Shown piece after piece: positions 45,908-56,078 of a stretch of 64,000 nt of DNA; position 1 is the stretch's first letter; each line of letters begins with the position of its first letter. The stretch is taken from the NCBI GenBank assembly GCA_965222605.1, contig OZ244960.1:4064001-4128000 (forward strand), given 5' to 3'. The notes beneath the pieces were generated by a model. It ran no database searches. It worked only from the letters and a program-made list of their open reading frames with translations, and was not told where the DNA came from. The translations under genes and the position numbers were made by a program. The stretch is from Candidatus Latescibacterota bacterium. Its GTDB lineage: Bacteria; Latescibacterota; UBA2968.

Positions 45908-47431
45908 CTAAATAGCCTGAAATCGCGTTTTTACTTCCGATAGGACAATATCTGGAATATCTTCTGTGCGTTCAACTGCATAAACGCAAATGTGATCTGC
46001 AGTAGCGGCCTGCTGGCGAAATCGATGGGCGTCCCGATTTTGCGCTACATGAACAGCGGTTACCCGGTTTTCTTTTTTGATTAGAAATTGCATGAGGGCA
46101 TCGAGATTGGTAATCTGCATATCTGTAATGAGAAAAATATCCACATGATTTTTGAGTAGGGGTTCCAGATCGGGCAGATGTAATGCGGTTCCACCGCCGA
46201 AGTAGCGGCACAGTGCAAAAAATACGCGCTTGCGATCTCTTGAGAAATCCAGTACCTCTTTCCCTCCTGCCTGTGCATCGCTAAAATTGTAAACGGCCAC
46301 GCGCTTGCCCCGTCGCAAATACGCATCGGCCGCGCATCCGGCACCTAAGACAGCGTGGGATATTTCTCGGCACGGATCGACCATACTGCCCGAGGAATCG
46401 ACAATGACCACACAATCGGGTATGCCATCGCCTTCGCCGTGGGTTTCGCCATCTCGCCAGTTCCACATCTGGGAAATGCCCGGCATGACGCGCCCAAAAC
46501 TCGTCCATACATCGATGTGCTGAACGGGTTTGCCAATTTCCCAGGGCGAATGAGAATGCGGATGTAACCCGCCGACCTTTTCCAATGGCATGGTTTGTAC
46601 GGGCAGGCGAAATGCGGATGCGCGCGCCATGTAAAACAAGAGGTCGGCATCCGAGGGCGTGCCTTTGCCCCGGCCCATATCGGGCATCATATTGGCGTCT
46701 TGTAGTTCGTCGGCAAAATCGCGCACCATTTCTCGAAAGGCGTAAAATCCCTGCTCGGCAAATTGCGCCATTCCCTCCGCGAGTTCGCCTGCGGAATACT
46801 GCTGGACATCGCCCATCATGCCGCCCTGTCCATTTCCCTCGCCCATTTCTTTTTCGATCAAGGGGGCAATCACCTGTGCAAACGACCGAAGGCTGTCACC
46901 CCACTGCGAGGCGTCCAGATAGGGTATGCGCGCGAGCCGATCCACTTCGCCGCGATCTTCCACGCCCAAATTTTCACCCCAAAGACGCTGATACAATGCC
47001 CGAATTACGTCTGTTACTTCATTCGATTCAGTGTGGCGATAAACCTCTGGCAATTTCGATTCGCGCTCGCGCACAGCATGGGTATCGACTACCACGTCCG
47101 AGAAATACTCGACCACCTGCTTGACCAATGCCCCATCTAATAATACGGGTTTGAGCGCGGCATATAGTTTTAAGTGCGTCTCAAAATCCCAGGGACAAAT
47201 GGTGTGATGTCCTACGCCGTGATCCAGTAGTGCAGAGGTGGCGTCTTCTATGTCCATCACTTGCGCGAGGGCGGCCAGCCGATTGGCATTCAATTGGATC
47301 ACTTTGTCCGTCATTTGAATGCTCGCGGCTTCGTCGCCCGTTTCGATTACTTCTGGCGTTGGCAATTCGGGAAATAGATGGCGCTTGCGAACAGCGGGCC
47401 AAACGCGCTGGATGATGTCGTTGAAGTTCAT
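45908..47431 (-). CDS. vWA domain protein with an N-terminal degenerate metallopeptidase-like region
   Basis: MIDAS DSSGSM, GGT and ITD; N-terminal LDHGVGHH.ICPWD; ATG 47431 overlaps the upstream stop. Confidence 0.85.
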   Translation of the reverse strand: MNFNDIIQRVWPAVRKRHLFPELPTPEVIETGDEAASIQMTDKVIQLNANRLAALAQVMDIEDATSALLDHGVGHHTICPWDFETHLKLYAALKPVLLDGALVKQVVEYFSDVVVDTHAVRERESKLPEVYRHTESNEVTDVIRALYQRLWGENLGVEDRGEVDRLARIPYLDASQWGDSLRSFAQVIAPLIEKEMGEGNGQGGMMGDVQQYSAGELAEGMAQFAEQGFYAFREMVRDFADELQDANMMPDMGRGKGTPSDADLLFYMARASAFRLPVQTMPLEKVGGLHPHSHSPWEIGKPVQHIDVWTSFGRVMPGISQMWNWRDGETHGEGDGIPDCVVIVDSSGSMVDPCREISHAVLGAGCAADAYLRRGKRVAVYNFSDAQAGGKEVLDFSRDRKRVFFALCRYFGGGTALHLPDLEPLLKNHVDIFLITDMQITNLDALMQFLIKKENRVTAVHVAQNRDAHRFRQQAATADHICVYAVERTEDIPDIVLSEVKTRFQAI

Positions 47432-48204
47432 TTTGTTTTTGTTCCTCTGAGCATTTGATCGCGGTGATAAATCGCGCCGCCTTCGGTGTTGCCCACCCCC
47501 CCCAGACGTCCATTGATGTGGATTTCGCCAGCTTGCATTTGTTCGCCGATAGATCTGCCGGCGTCTCCCGATACCTCGATCCGTCCATCTATCATGCCCG
47601 CGCCGAGATAGTGGCGGACATTTCCCTCGACTTTCAGGCAGCCTCCCATAAGCGAAATGCCCGTGAGGTCGCCCAGGTCGCCCACAATGGTCAGTGTGAT
47701 GCCTTTGCGAAGGCGATATCCCATAAGAGACAGGCGCAAATCGTGCCCCGTGAGATCGAGGTGAATATCCTCCTGGGACGATGCGTTGCAAAAGGCCGAT
47801 AAGAATAAGCCGAGGGGTTCCATGACAAAAAAAGCCGCGTCATTGCTTTGCAGGGCGTGCGCGCAAAACGCTTCGAGATCGGTCATTTCCCAATCGATTT
47901 GTCCCACAATCCGCGAGGCCACAGCATAGGTCGATTCAATGGTTTTGCGGTCGGCTTGCCAGAGTCCCTCGCCTACGCATTCGTCGATTAGTGCGCGATA
48001 AGCTGCTGTTAAGCGATCCATTGCTGCGGCATGAGAGGCGAGAATTTCATCCATGGGCATGGCGCGTTTTTTGCGTTTGTCTTCGACAAATTCGACGAAG
48101 GGATTGCGCTTTGTGGATAGCAAGCCGTTGACGTGCACTGCGTTTTCGGGGTTCAAATCGGATGGTACAATCCGTTCAAATTCTCGAAATGGATTTTGTC
48201 GCAT
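47428..48204 (-). CDS. GXGXG (FwdC/GltB-C-like) beta-helix protein
   Basis: Repeats GDLGDLTG..L.GG, GNV..YLGAGM.DG.I.V and GDAG..IG..M..G.I; helical N-terminus. Confidence 0.8.
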   Translation of the reverse strand: MRQNPFREFERIVPSDLNPENAVHVNGLLSTKRNPFVEFVEDKRKKRAMPMDEILASHAAAMDRLTAAYRALIDECVGEGLWQADRKTIESTYAVASRIVGQIDWEMTDLEAFCAHALQSNDAAFFVMEPLGLFLSAFCNASSQEDIHLDLTGHDLRLSLMGYRLRKGITLTIVGDLGDLTGISLMGGCLKVEGNVRHYLGAGMIDGRIEVSGDAGRSIGEQMQAGEIHINGRLGGVGNTEGGAIYHRDQMLRGTKTK

Positions 48205-48226
48205 GTTTGGCTCTGTAAAATTGGAA

Positions 48227-49549
48227 TTACGAAAATTCTGGACGCACAGGCTCTTGTCCCAGATCGCGCATAATTTCCATGTAAATGGGGTGTTCGCCCT
48301 GAATGGGTTTCTCGTCGTCACCATTCAAGATGCGATTGGCAGTCATCAGAGCCGATTGGATGCGCTCGCTCTGCTCGGTATAGCGCCGAAAAACCTGCCG
48401 AACTGCTTCTCGCGCTCTGTGAATGGGCAACACATCGTCTCGGTGGTCTTGTGTTTCATCCTCATCTCGCCATTGGATGCGGTGAGCACATGTGTATGGC
48501 AATATCGTGCGAATATGTTCGAGATGCACTTCTTTGTCGCGCAGTACCCAGGCAAGTGCCTGTGCGTAGCGCCGGATGGAAATGGGCAGGCGATTGGACG
48601 GACATGTTTGTACTTCGTAACACAGGTAGCCCGTGTAGTGACAGCCTTCGCCGCAGACTTCATTTGTGCGTTTTTGTCCGTATTTGCAGCAAAAAGACAA
48701 TTCGGCCAAAAAGGTTCGCACATAGGCGCTGGCATCGGTCTGAAAAGGCAATGCGCTCATTTCATTGCGAATCGTTTCTCGCTCAGTACGCCCCAGGGTA
48801 GGTACGGACAAACGCTCGGAAATCGCTTTTCCGTAATCCGCGCAAATCGCTTCTATCTCTGCTTCGGCATTGGGGTTGAGCAGGCACGCCTGAAGTGCTT
48901 GCTCGCGTTGTGGATCTCGCAGGAGATGTGCGGGAGAGGATTTGGTGCCGATCATCCAGGACAAATTTGCGCCCGGATATTTGGATTCCACCATCACGTC
49001 AAAGCGATCCAAAAGGGGTACAACGATGGTATTTGTGCCGCGGTCCTGATAATTGGCCGTTGCGAACAAACAGTATTCATCGTTGATTTGCATCTGGTTC
49101 AAATAGCTCCAGTTGCCGCGATCTACGCCGTTGAGAATCAAGCTTTGCTTTGTTTCTGGCAGGCGGTTGATTTCATCTACAACTTTGACGGGTAAGACGG
49201 AAAATGCCGACCAGACCACATCTTCTTCGCCGCGGTTGAGCGCGCCGAGGTTTGGCCGTCCGACAATTTTTTCTTCGGTCTGTTCGGGATGGCCGCTCAC
49301 TTCTGCTTCCCAAACCGCCCCCAATGGCATGCGGTATAGCAGTGCGCCGATATACTCCGCCGATGTTGTTTTGCCCAGGCCGGGTTCGCCCACGATCAGA
49401 ATTTTGCCGCCCAATAATCCCGTTAGTGTGCTGAGGAGCAAAGCGGCATTGTGTTTTTGTCCTTCGATCTCCAGGTCTGCCCGATTAAAATACAACCGAT
49501 CCTGGATAAAGGTCAAAATATCGCTTACTGTTGTTTGTAAATCGGCCAT
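48227..49549 (-). CDS. MoxR-family AAA+ ATPase
   Basis: GEPGLGKT, VVDEINR, ATAN, LLDRFD; Cys-rich insert. Confidence 0.9.
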   Translation of the reverse strand: MADLQTTVSDILTFIQDRLYFNRADLEIEGQKHNAALLLSTLTGLLGGKILIVGEPGLGKTTSAEYIGALLYRMPLGAVWEAEVSGHPEQTEEKIVGRPNLGALNRGEEDVVWSAFSVLPVKVVDEINRLPETKQSLILNGVDRGNWSYLNQMQINDEYCLFATANYQDRGTNTIVVPLLDRFDVMVESKYPGANLSWMIGTKSSPAHLLRDPQREQALQACLLNPNAEAEIEAICADYGKAISERLSVPTLGRTERETIRNEMSALPFQTDASAYVRTFLAELSFCCKYGQKRTNEVCGEGCHYTGYLCYEVQTCPSNRLPISIRRYAQALAWVLRDKEVHLEHIRTILPYTCAHRIQWRDEDETQDHRDDVLPIHRAREAVRQVFRRYTEQSERIQSALMTANRILNGDDEKPIQGEHPIYMEIMRDLGQEPVRPEFS

Positions 49550-49558
49550 GTTTTGACC

Positions 49559-50386
49559 TCAGTCTGCCTGCGAAGACGCAGCGGCGCGGCGGCGCAGCCA
49601 TTCGACGGTGAGCAGTAGCAATACGGCGAAGGCGATCAGGAATGTTGCCACGGCGAGGATGGTCGGGCTGATTTGCTCGCGGATGCCCGCCCACATCTGG
49701 CGCGGGATTGTGCGCTGTTCGATGCCGCCCATAAAAAGGATTACGACCACTTCGTCGAAAGATGTTGCAAACGCGAAGAGAGCGCCAGAAATAACGCCCG
49801 GTGCGATTATCGGTAGTTGTACTCTGCGGAACGTGAGTAATGGTGAGGCGCCGAGGCTTGCAGCAGCGCGCGTCAGGTTTGTATCAAAGGCGGATAGGGT
49901 AGCGGTTACGGTAATTACGACAAATGGCGTGCCCAGTGCAGCGTGAGAGAGGATCAATCCGATGTGGGTCTGTGCAAGGCCCAGGGATGAGTAAAAAAAG
50001 AACATGCCCGCCGCGGAGATGATCACCGGTGTGACCATCGGCGAGATCAACAGTGCCATTGCGATGCGACGACCGGGCATGGCGGGGCTGGATAGCCCCA
50101 GCGCGGCGAGTGTGCCCAGCGCGGTTGCCAGTGCGGTAGAGGCGATGCCGATGATCAGGCTGTTGACCAGTCCGCGCGTCCACAGTTCGTTTTCGATGAT
50201 CTGTCGGTACCAGCGCAGGGAATACGCTTCGGCATCCAGGCGCAGCATGCCTTCGGTGAAGGTGAAGTAGGGTTCGGCATTGAAGCTCAGGGGTACGATC
50301 ACCAGAATTGGCGCGATCAGGAACGCGAAGATCAGGGTACAGGAGGCCAGGTACGCGCCCCGGCCAATGCGTTGTGTCGAGATCAT
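49559..50386 (-). CDS. Polyamine-type ABC transporter permease (PotC-like)
   Basis: SLRWY, AAASLGA, FATSFDEVV. Confidence 0.92.
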   Translation of the reverse strand: MISTQRIGRGAYLASCTLIFAFLIAPILVIVPLSFNAEPYFTFTEGMLRLDAEAYSLRWYRQIIENELWTRGLVNSLIIGIASTALATALGTLAALGLSSPAMPGRRIAMALLISPMVTPVIISAAGMFFFYSSLGLAQTHIGLILSHAALGTPFVVITVTATLSAFDTNLTRAAASLGASPLLTFRRVQLPIIAPGVISGALFAFATSFDEVVVILFMGGIEQRTIPRQMWAGIREQISPTILAVATFLIAFAVLLLLTVEWLRRRAAASSQAD

Positions 50387-50387
50387 G

Positions 50388-51623
50388 TTAGCCCAACCTC
50401 ATGCGGTCAATGCCGACTATGCGGTCGTAGAGCAGATAGAGCGCGATTACGCATACCAGCAAAATGCCGCCAAGTGCCCCAGCCAGACTCCAGTTGAGCG
50501 AGGTCTGCATGTGGTAGGCGATCATGTTGGAGATGAGTTGCCCGGTGCTGCCGCCTACCAGCGCGGGGGTGATGTAGTAACCGATGGCGAGGATGAATAC
50601 CAGCAGCGATCCAGCACCTACGCCGGGCAGGGTCTGTGGCCAGTACACGCGCCAAAATGCCTGAAAGGAGCTCGCACCCAGCGATGCCGCGGCACTCATC
50701 TGGCTCGGTGGAATGGCGCGCATGATGGAGTAGAGGGGCAGGATCATAAAGGGCAAGAGCACATGGGTCATTGCCACCAGTGTGCCAATCATATTGTAGA
50801 TCATGGCGAGGCGGTCGTCGTCGCCGATCAGCCCAAGTGTGACGAGCAAGTCGTTGATTACGCCCTGGGTCTGGAGCAGTACGATCCAGGATGTTGTTCT
50901 CACCAGGAGCGATGTCCAAAAGGGCACGAGTACGAGGATGAGGAGCAGATTTGCGATGCGCGGAGTCGAATGCGCGATCAAGTGGGCGATGGGATAGCCG
51001 AGCAACAGGCAGAGCGCGGTGATGCTGAGGCTCACGACGAAGGTACGCCACAAGAGGGCCAGGTAGATGCGGCGTTCTGAAGGCTGGCGAGCGATGGAGC
51101 CGTCGGGCAGGGGTCGCAGGTCGAGGGCATTGAGATAGTGCCGCGTGGTGAAACGCGCCCCAGCACTGCGGATCGCATGCCAGATTTGCTCATCGCCCCA
51201 TGCGGTATCAAGGCCGATCATGACATCGCGCCAGGGACCTTCGCGGACATTTTGCAATTCTCGCGCGCTGCGCATGAAGACACTGCGAAGTCCCGAATGC
51301 ACGCGGTTGACGCGGGTGGCGACCCGTCCCAGCGAGCGATTTTCGCGTGCTTTTAACAATTCGCGTGCGGCCGTTGCGTACACTGCCTCGTCGGGTGTGC
51401 TCTTTCCTTTCCATTCCCTTAGCATGTTGAGGGTTTCGGGCAGGGTATTGGCGACTGTGGGATCGTACACACTCTGCACGAGCATTGTCGCCAGTGGCGC
51501 GACAAAGGTGATGGCAATGAAAGCCAGCAGTGGCAATACCAATCCCGTAGCACGCATTCGCGGGCGGAGAGTGTTGGTTTTGATGTCTGTCTCTGGTTTC
51601 ATTTTACGGTGTCTCTTCGACAT
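50388..51623 (-). CDS. Polyamine-type ABC transporter permease (PotB-like)
   Basis: LLLGYPIA, PFWTSLLVRT, LPFMILPLY. Confidence 0.92.
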   Translation of the reverse strand: MSKRHRKMKPETDIKTNTLRPRMRATGLVLPLLAFIAITFVAPLATMLVQSVYDPTVANTLPETLNMLREWKGKSTPDEAVYATAARELLKARENRSLGRVATRVNRVHSGLRSVFMRSARELQNVREGPWRDVMIGLDTAWGDEQIWHAIRSAGARFTTRHYLNALDLRPLPDGSIARQPSERRIYLALLWRTFVVSLSITALCLLLGYPIAHLIAHSTPRIANLLLILVLVPFWTSLLVRTTSWIVLLQTQGVINDLLVTLGLIGDDDRLAMIYNMIGTLVAMTHVLLPFMILPLYSIMRAIPPSQMSAAASLGASSFQAFWRVYWPQTLPGVGAGSLLVFILAIGYYITPALVGGSTGQLISNMIAYHMQTSLNWSLAGALGGILLVCVIALYLLYDRIVGIDRMRLG

Positions 51624-51767
51624 CTTTGTTTTTCTGGTCTTTTGCGCCGTTTATACTCTATCCTATCGCAACTTTTTTGTATCGCGTACCCTAAGTCCCC
51701 CCCCTTTTTCATTCAACCAAATCATCCAACGCCACGTCTAAAACGTTCGAGAGTCGGCGAAATATAT

Positions 51768-52154
51768 CTATTCGCCCCTACCGCCAATCACGAGCAAAAA
51801 GGCACTATCCTCCAGGGCTTTGACGCTATGAGGTAAGTGGGCAGCGCAAACCGCAGCGTCACCTGTTCTCAATGGCTTAGATTCAGTGGCTGTCGAGAAC
51901 TCGAGGTGCCCAGACAGGGCTGTGACAGTGATCGGCCCCGGGGCGGTATGTTCATGAAGCACGGCTTGGGCCTTTAATACTATCAAGACAACCGTCAAAT
52001 CATTTCCATGCACTAAGGACAAGGAATTACGTCCCGTATGTTCAATGACATCCTCCGTCATGAGTTGATCAGCCATGCTCAACAGCGAAAAGGACGTAAC
52101 GGTAGAATCGGTTATTTCGGTAGGCCGAAAAGGACGTTCATAGGCTTGGCTCAT
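51768..52154 (-). CDS. Cupin domain protein
   Basis: L.EH.APGPITV, PHSVKALEDSAFLL. Confidence 0.85.
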   Translation of the reverse strand: MSQAYERPFRPTEITDSTVTSFSLLSMADQLMTEDVIEHTGRNSLSLVHGNDLTVVLIVLKAQAVLHEHTAPGPITVTALSGHLEFSTATESKPLRTGDAAVCAAHLPHSVKALEDSAFLLVIGGRGE

Positions 52155-52166
52155 GAGTGTATTTCC

Positions 52167-53750
52167 CTAAAGATCTATGTGAGTTATCTCAAATACCGCG
52201 ATGTTACGGCTCTCTCGGCTGAACTCTACTGCGATCAGGTGGATTGGCTCGCCCCGGGCGCGGTATTTGTCGGCGTAACGCCGCGCTTTTAATTGCGCCA
52301 TTGCCGCGCCTTTGGGCGCCATTTCCACCACTTTGAATTCGAACAGGTACACGTTGCTGTTGAATAATACGGCCATGTCCAGACAGCCGTGGCTGCTGCT
52401 GTCTTCCACCGTGATGTCAAGCCCCAGTGCTGCGAAATAGGAATAAAACACACTCGCGTAGTAGCCCTCGTAGTTGGCGATGTCGTTGTTTGTGTACCAC
52501 TCGTAGGGAATACTGGCGAAGAATGCGTGGAACAGTGTCTTGAGTCTCTCAAAGTCATTCGCTTCCAGCAGGCGGTAGAGTTGGACGCTGTTCGCCATAA
52601 GGCGCGTGGCGTCTTTTACCAGGTAGCGCAGCAGGCTGCGATTGAGGCTCTGGCGCACCTCCCGATTGGGATAACCCAGTCGGTAAAGGGATTCACCGCC
52701 CAGGTTCTCCTCACCGGTAATGGTCAGGTACCCGGTCTGAAACAACAGGGCTTCGGTCGCGATTTCATCGACATCGAAGGTCGATAGCAAGTCGATACTG
52801 CCCACCATCTCGTCAAGTGATAGAGAACTGACACGGCGTTTGAACAGGGTCTCGATTAGGAATGTCGGCGTGCCGGTCTCGAACCAATAGGCTTCGAAGC
52901 TGCGTCTTCGGAACAGCAGGAGGATGTCAAAAGGGTTATAGACCTTCTCATCGCCCCGCCAGTTATAGCCATTGTACCAGTCGCGGATTTGATCGCGGTC
53001 CAGGCTGGGTAGCTCAGGCGCGAATATCGTGTCAAGGTCTGCCTCGGTGTAGCCGCAGATGGCTGAATAGCCCGGATCCATGGTGATGTCGGTCAGGTTG
53101 TTGAGGCCTGAGAACAGATGCACCTTGGAGAACTTGCTGACGCCAGTGAGAAAGGTGAACTTGATATGCGCATCGCTGTCCTTGATGGTTGCGTACAGGC
53201 CGCGCAAAAAGTCGCGGTTGGCGCGTGCGACCTCTGGCACTTCGAGTGCGTCCAGGATCGGCTTGTCGTATTCATCTACCAGAACGGCCACAGGTTGTCC
53301 AGCACGCTCGTGCAGTGCCTCGATCAGATAGGCGAAACGACCCGGTATTGTTTCGGACTCGACAACCACCCCGGTTCGGCGTTCGATAGCGGTCAATTGA
53401 TCCAAAAGGTTCGCTTGCAGGTAGTCAGGCTCTTTGAAGTTGCCACTGCCAAAGCTCAGACGCAGGACAGGATAGCGGACCGACCAATCCCAGCGGTCGT
53501 GAATGTGAAGCCCCTCGAACAGCCCCTCGTTGCTCTCGAAAAGTTCCTTCAAGGTGTCGAGAAAGAGGCTCTTGCCAAAGCGGCGAGGACGCGATAAAAA
53601 GTAATGCGTGCCTTCATCTATCAGCCGCTGAATATAAGCGGTTTTGTCAACGTAATAGCAGTTCTCCTCCCGAATTTTGCGGAAGGTCTGAATGCCGATG
53701 GGCAACTTGCGTCTATCTGCCCGCAATGTGCTGGGACTCGGATTTTTCAT
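52167..53750 (-). CDS. AAA-ATPase-like plus PD-(D/E)XK_9 nuclease protein
   Basis: LPIGIQTF, YYVDKT, RPRRFGKS, DEYDKP, G.LD...FEFK, Q....Y. Confidence 0.93.
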   Translation of the reverse strand: MKNPSPSTLRADRRKLPIGIQTFRKIREENCYYVDKTAYIQRLIDEGTHYFLSRPRRFGKSLFLDTLKELFESNEGLFEGLHIHDRWDWSVRYPVLRLSFGSGNFKEPDYLQANLLDQLTAIERRTGVVVESETIPGRFAYLIEALHERAGQPVAVLVDEYDKPILDALEVPEVARANRDFLRGLYATIKDSDAHIKFTFLTGVSKFSKVHLFSGLNNLTDITMDPGYSAICGYTEADLDTIFAPELPSLDRDQIRDWYNGYNWRGDEKVYNPFDILLLFRRRSFEAYWFETGTPTFLIETLFKRRVSSLSLDEMVGSIDLLSTFDVDEIATEALLFQTGYLTITGEENLGGESLYRLGYPNREVRQSLNRSLLRYLVKDATRLMANSVQLYRLLEANDFERLKTLFHAFFASIPYEWYTNNDIANYEGYYASVFYSYFAALGLDITVEDSSSHGCLDMAVLFNSNVYLFEFKVVEMAPKGAAMAQLKARRYADKYRARGEPIHLIAVEFSRESRNIAVFEITHIDL

Positions 53751-53805
53751 ATTTTTATCCGGCCATTTCAGTTGTATTACTTAGATAGGCAGCGTAATAC
53801 TTCTC

Positions 53806-54912
53806 TCACTGAGCCAGCCAGGCGCTGAAGCGCTCGTTCATTTCATCCCGGTGATCGCTCCACCATTGCCAGGCATTTCGCAGGGCGCGCTTGGCGTTTT
53901 GCGGGCTGTTGGGCATGTGGGGGTTCATATCGACGCCCTTCTCGGCGTGCGTCGATATCAGCGGCTCCGCAGAGATGCGCGTGGGGCTGTAGGCGATGTA
54001 GCTACCGACGGCGGCTATGGCTTTCGCCGTCGAGGCGTAATTGAGAAATTTCTTCGCGGCGTCGAGGTTCGGCGTTCCCGCGACAATGGCAAGCCCGCCT
54101 ATGTCCAGTATTTGCCCGTCCCAGACAATGACAAAAGGCTGGTTTTCCAATACCTGAGCATTGAAGATACGCCCGTTGTAAGCCGTGCTCATCACCACTT
54201 CGCCATCGGCGAGCATCTGCGGAGGCTGTGCCCCGGTTTCCCACCATACGATGTGGTCTTTGATGGTGTCCAGCTTGCGGAAGGCGCGATCCACGCCTTC
54301 AGGCGTATCGAGTGTGGGATACACTTTGTTGAGTGGTACGCCGTCGGCAATCAGCGCGAATTCCAGGTTTACCTGGGGTGAGCGGCGCATGCCTCGGCGA
54401 CCGGAGAATTTTTCGAGGTCAAAAAAGTCGGCCATTGTGGTGGGTTTTTCACCCGGGATATTCTCCTCATTGTACGCGTATATAGTAGAGTAAAACATCG
54501 TTGCCGGACCGCAATCTGTCGTCGTCCCGAGCGGAAAGTCCTGCGCTGCAGGCGTTCCATCGGCACCTGCTGGCAGCGAGTTGACCGGGATGGGTTCGAG
54601 CAGGCCCTCGTCACAGCCCCGCACCATGTCGTGGATTTCCAAATCGACGATGTCCCAATGCACATTGCCCGACTCAACCTGCGAGCGGACCTGCGCCAAC
54701 CCGCCGTTGTAGTCTTCGAGGTTGATTTTGATGCCTGTTTCAGCGGTGAACACCTCGTGGTAGCCTTTGACGCAGGCACGCGCATAAGAGCCACCCCAGG
54801 AAACTACGGTTAGTGGTCGATCGTTGGCAACTGCACGATCTGAGGTCAATATCGCTAGCGCGATCAGTACAGTTAGGTAAAACGCCGTTTTACACTTGTT
54901 TTTCCACTTCAA
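53806..54912 (-). CDS. Polyamine-type ABC substrate-binding protein (copy 2)
   Basis: VVSWGGSY, WDIVD, AYNGR; TTG start with GAGGAGG RBS. Confidence 0.92.
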   Translation of the reverse strand: MKWKNKCKTAFYLTVLIALAILTSDRAVANDRPLTVVSWGGSYARACVKGYHEVFTAETGIKINLEDYNGGLAQVRSQVESGNVHWDIVDLEIHDMVRGCDEGLLEPIPVNSLPAGADGTPAAQDFPLGTTTDCGPATMFYSTIYAYNEENIPGEKPTTMADFFDLEKFSGRRGMRRSPQVNLEFALIADGVPLNKVYPTLDTPEGVDRAFRKLDTIKDHIVWWETGAQPPQMLADGEVVMSTAYNGRIFNAQVLENQPFVIVWDGQILDIGGLAIVAGTPNLDAAKKFLNYASTAKAIAAVGSYIAYSPTRISAEPLISTHAEKGVDMNPHMPNSPQNAKRALRNAWQWWSDHRDEMNERFSAWLAQ

Positions 54913-54977
54913 GTTATGTCCTCCTCATATGGTATGGATAGAATATCCAGTAGTCTGCGGTATAGATAATATATCCC

Positions 54978-56078
54978 TTATTGAGCCAGCCAGGTGCTGA
55001 AGCGCTCGTTCATTTCGTCGAGGTGAACGCTCCACCATTCCCAGGCATTTCGCAGGGCGCGCTTGGCATTTTGCGGGCTGTTGGGCATGTGGGGTTTCAT
55101 ATCTACGCCCTTCTCGGCGTGTGTCGTTATCAGCGATTCCGCAGAGTGGCGCGTGGGGCTGTAGGCGATGTAGCTACCGACACCGGCCATGGCCCTCGCC
55201 GTTGAGGCGAAATTGAGAAACTTCTTTGCGGCTTCGAGGTTCGGTGTTCCCGCGACAATAGCAAGTCCAGATAGATCCAGTATTTGCCCGTCCCACACGA
55301 TAACAAAGAGTTGATTTTCCAATACCTGTGCATTGAAGATGCGCCCGTTGTAAGCCGTGGTCATCACTACCTCGCCATCGGCGAGCATCTGTGGCGGCTG
55401 CGCCCCGGCTTCCCACCATACGATGTGGTCTTTGATGGTGTCCAGCTTGCGGAAGGCGCGGTCCACGCCTTCGGGCGTATCGAGCATGGCATATACCTTA
55501 TTGAGCGGCACGCCATCGGCGATTAGTGCGAATTCCAGGTTCACCTGGGGTGAGCGGCGCATGCCTCGGCGTCCGGGAAATTTTTCGAGGTCAAAAAAGT
55601 CGGCCACTGTGGTGGGTTTTTCGCCCGGGATATTCTCTTCGTTGTACGCGTATATGGTGGAGTAAAACAGTGTTGCCACGCCACAGTCTGTCGATGTGCC
55701 GAACAGAAAATCCTCTTCCGCAGGCGTTCCGTCGGCCCCCGCTGGCAGCGAGTCGATCTCAACGTGTTCGAGCAGGCCCTCATCGCAGCCTTGCGCCCAT
55801 GTCGGGAATCTCAAATCGACGATGTCCCAATGCACATTGCCCGCTTTAACCTGTGCGCGAATCTGCGCCAGCCCGCCGTTGTAGTCTTCGAGGTTGATTT
55901 TGATGCCAGTTTCAGCGGTAAATGCCTCGTGGTATCCTTTGACGCAGGCGCGTGCATAAGAGCCGCCCCATGAGACCACGGTTAATGGTCGGTCTTCAGA
56001 AACAGCACAACCCAGGGTCAACATCGCCAGCGCGGTTATTACCGCGGTGCATAATGTCTTTCTCTGTTTGGTATTCAT
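54978..56078 (-). CDS. Polyamine-type ABC substrate-binding lipoprotein (copy 1)
   Basis: Close paralog of 53806-54912; lipobox LTLGC. Confidence 0.92.
   Translation of the reverse strand: MNTKQRKTLCTAVITALAMLTLGCAVSEDRPLTVVSWGGSYARACVKGYHEAFTAETGIKINLEDYNGGLAQIRAQVKAGNVHWDIVDLRFPTWAQGCDEGLLEHVEIDSLPAGADGTPAEEDFLFGTSTDCGVATLFYSTIYAYNEENIPGEKPTTVADFFDLEKFPGRRGMRRSPQVNLEFALIADGVPLNKVYAMLDTPEGVDRAFRKLDTIKDHIVWWEAGAQPPQMLADGEVVMTTAYNGRIFNAQVLENQLFVIVWDGQILDLSGLAIVAGTPNLEAAKKFLNFASTARAMAGVGSYIAYSPTRHSAESLITTHAEKGVDMKPHMPNSPQNAKRALRNAWEWWSVHLDEMNERFSTWLAQ

Noticed and set aside
47432-47791. N-terminal extension of the vWA ORF
   Set aside because: Overlaps the GXGXG gene in another frame; the ATGA-coupled start at 47431 is more plausible
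47428-48204. Formylmethanofuran dehydrogenase subunit C (fwdC)
   Set aside because: Only a short GXGXG stretch, an unrelated N-terminus and no fwdA/B/D neighbours
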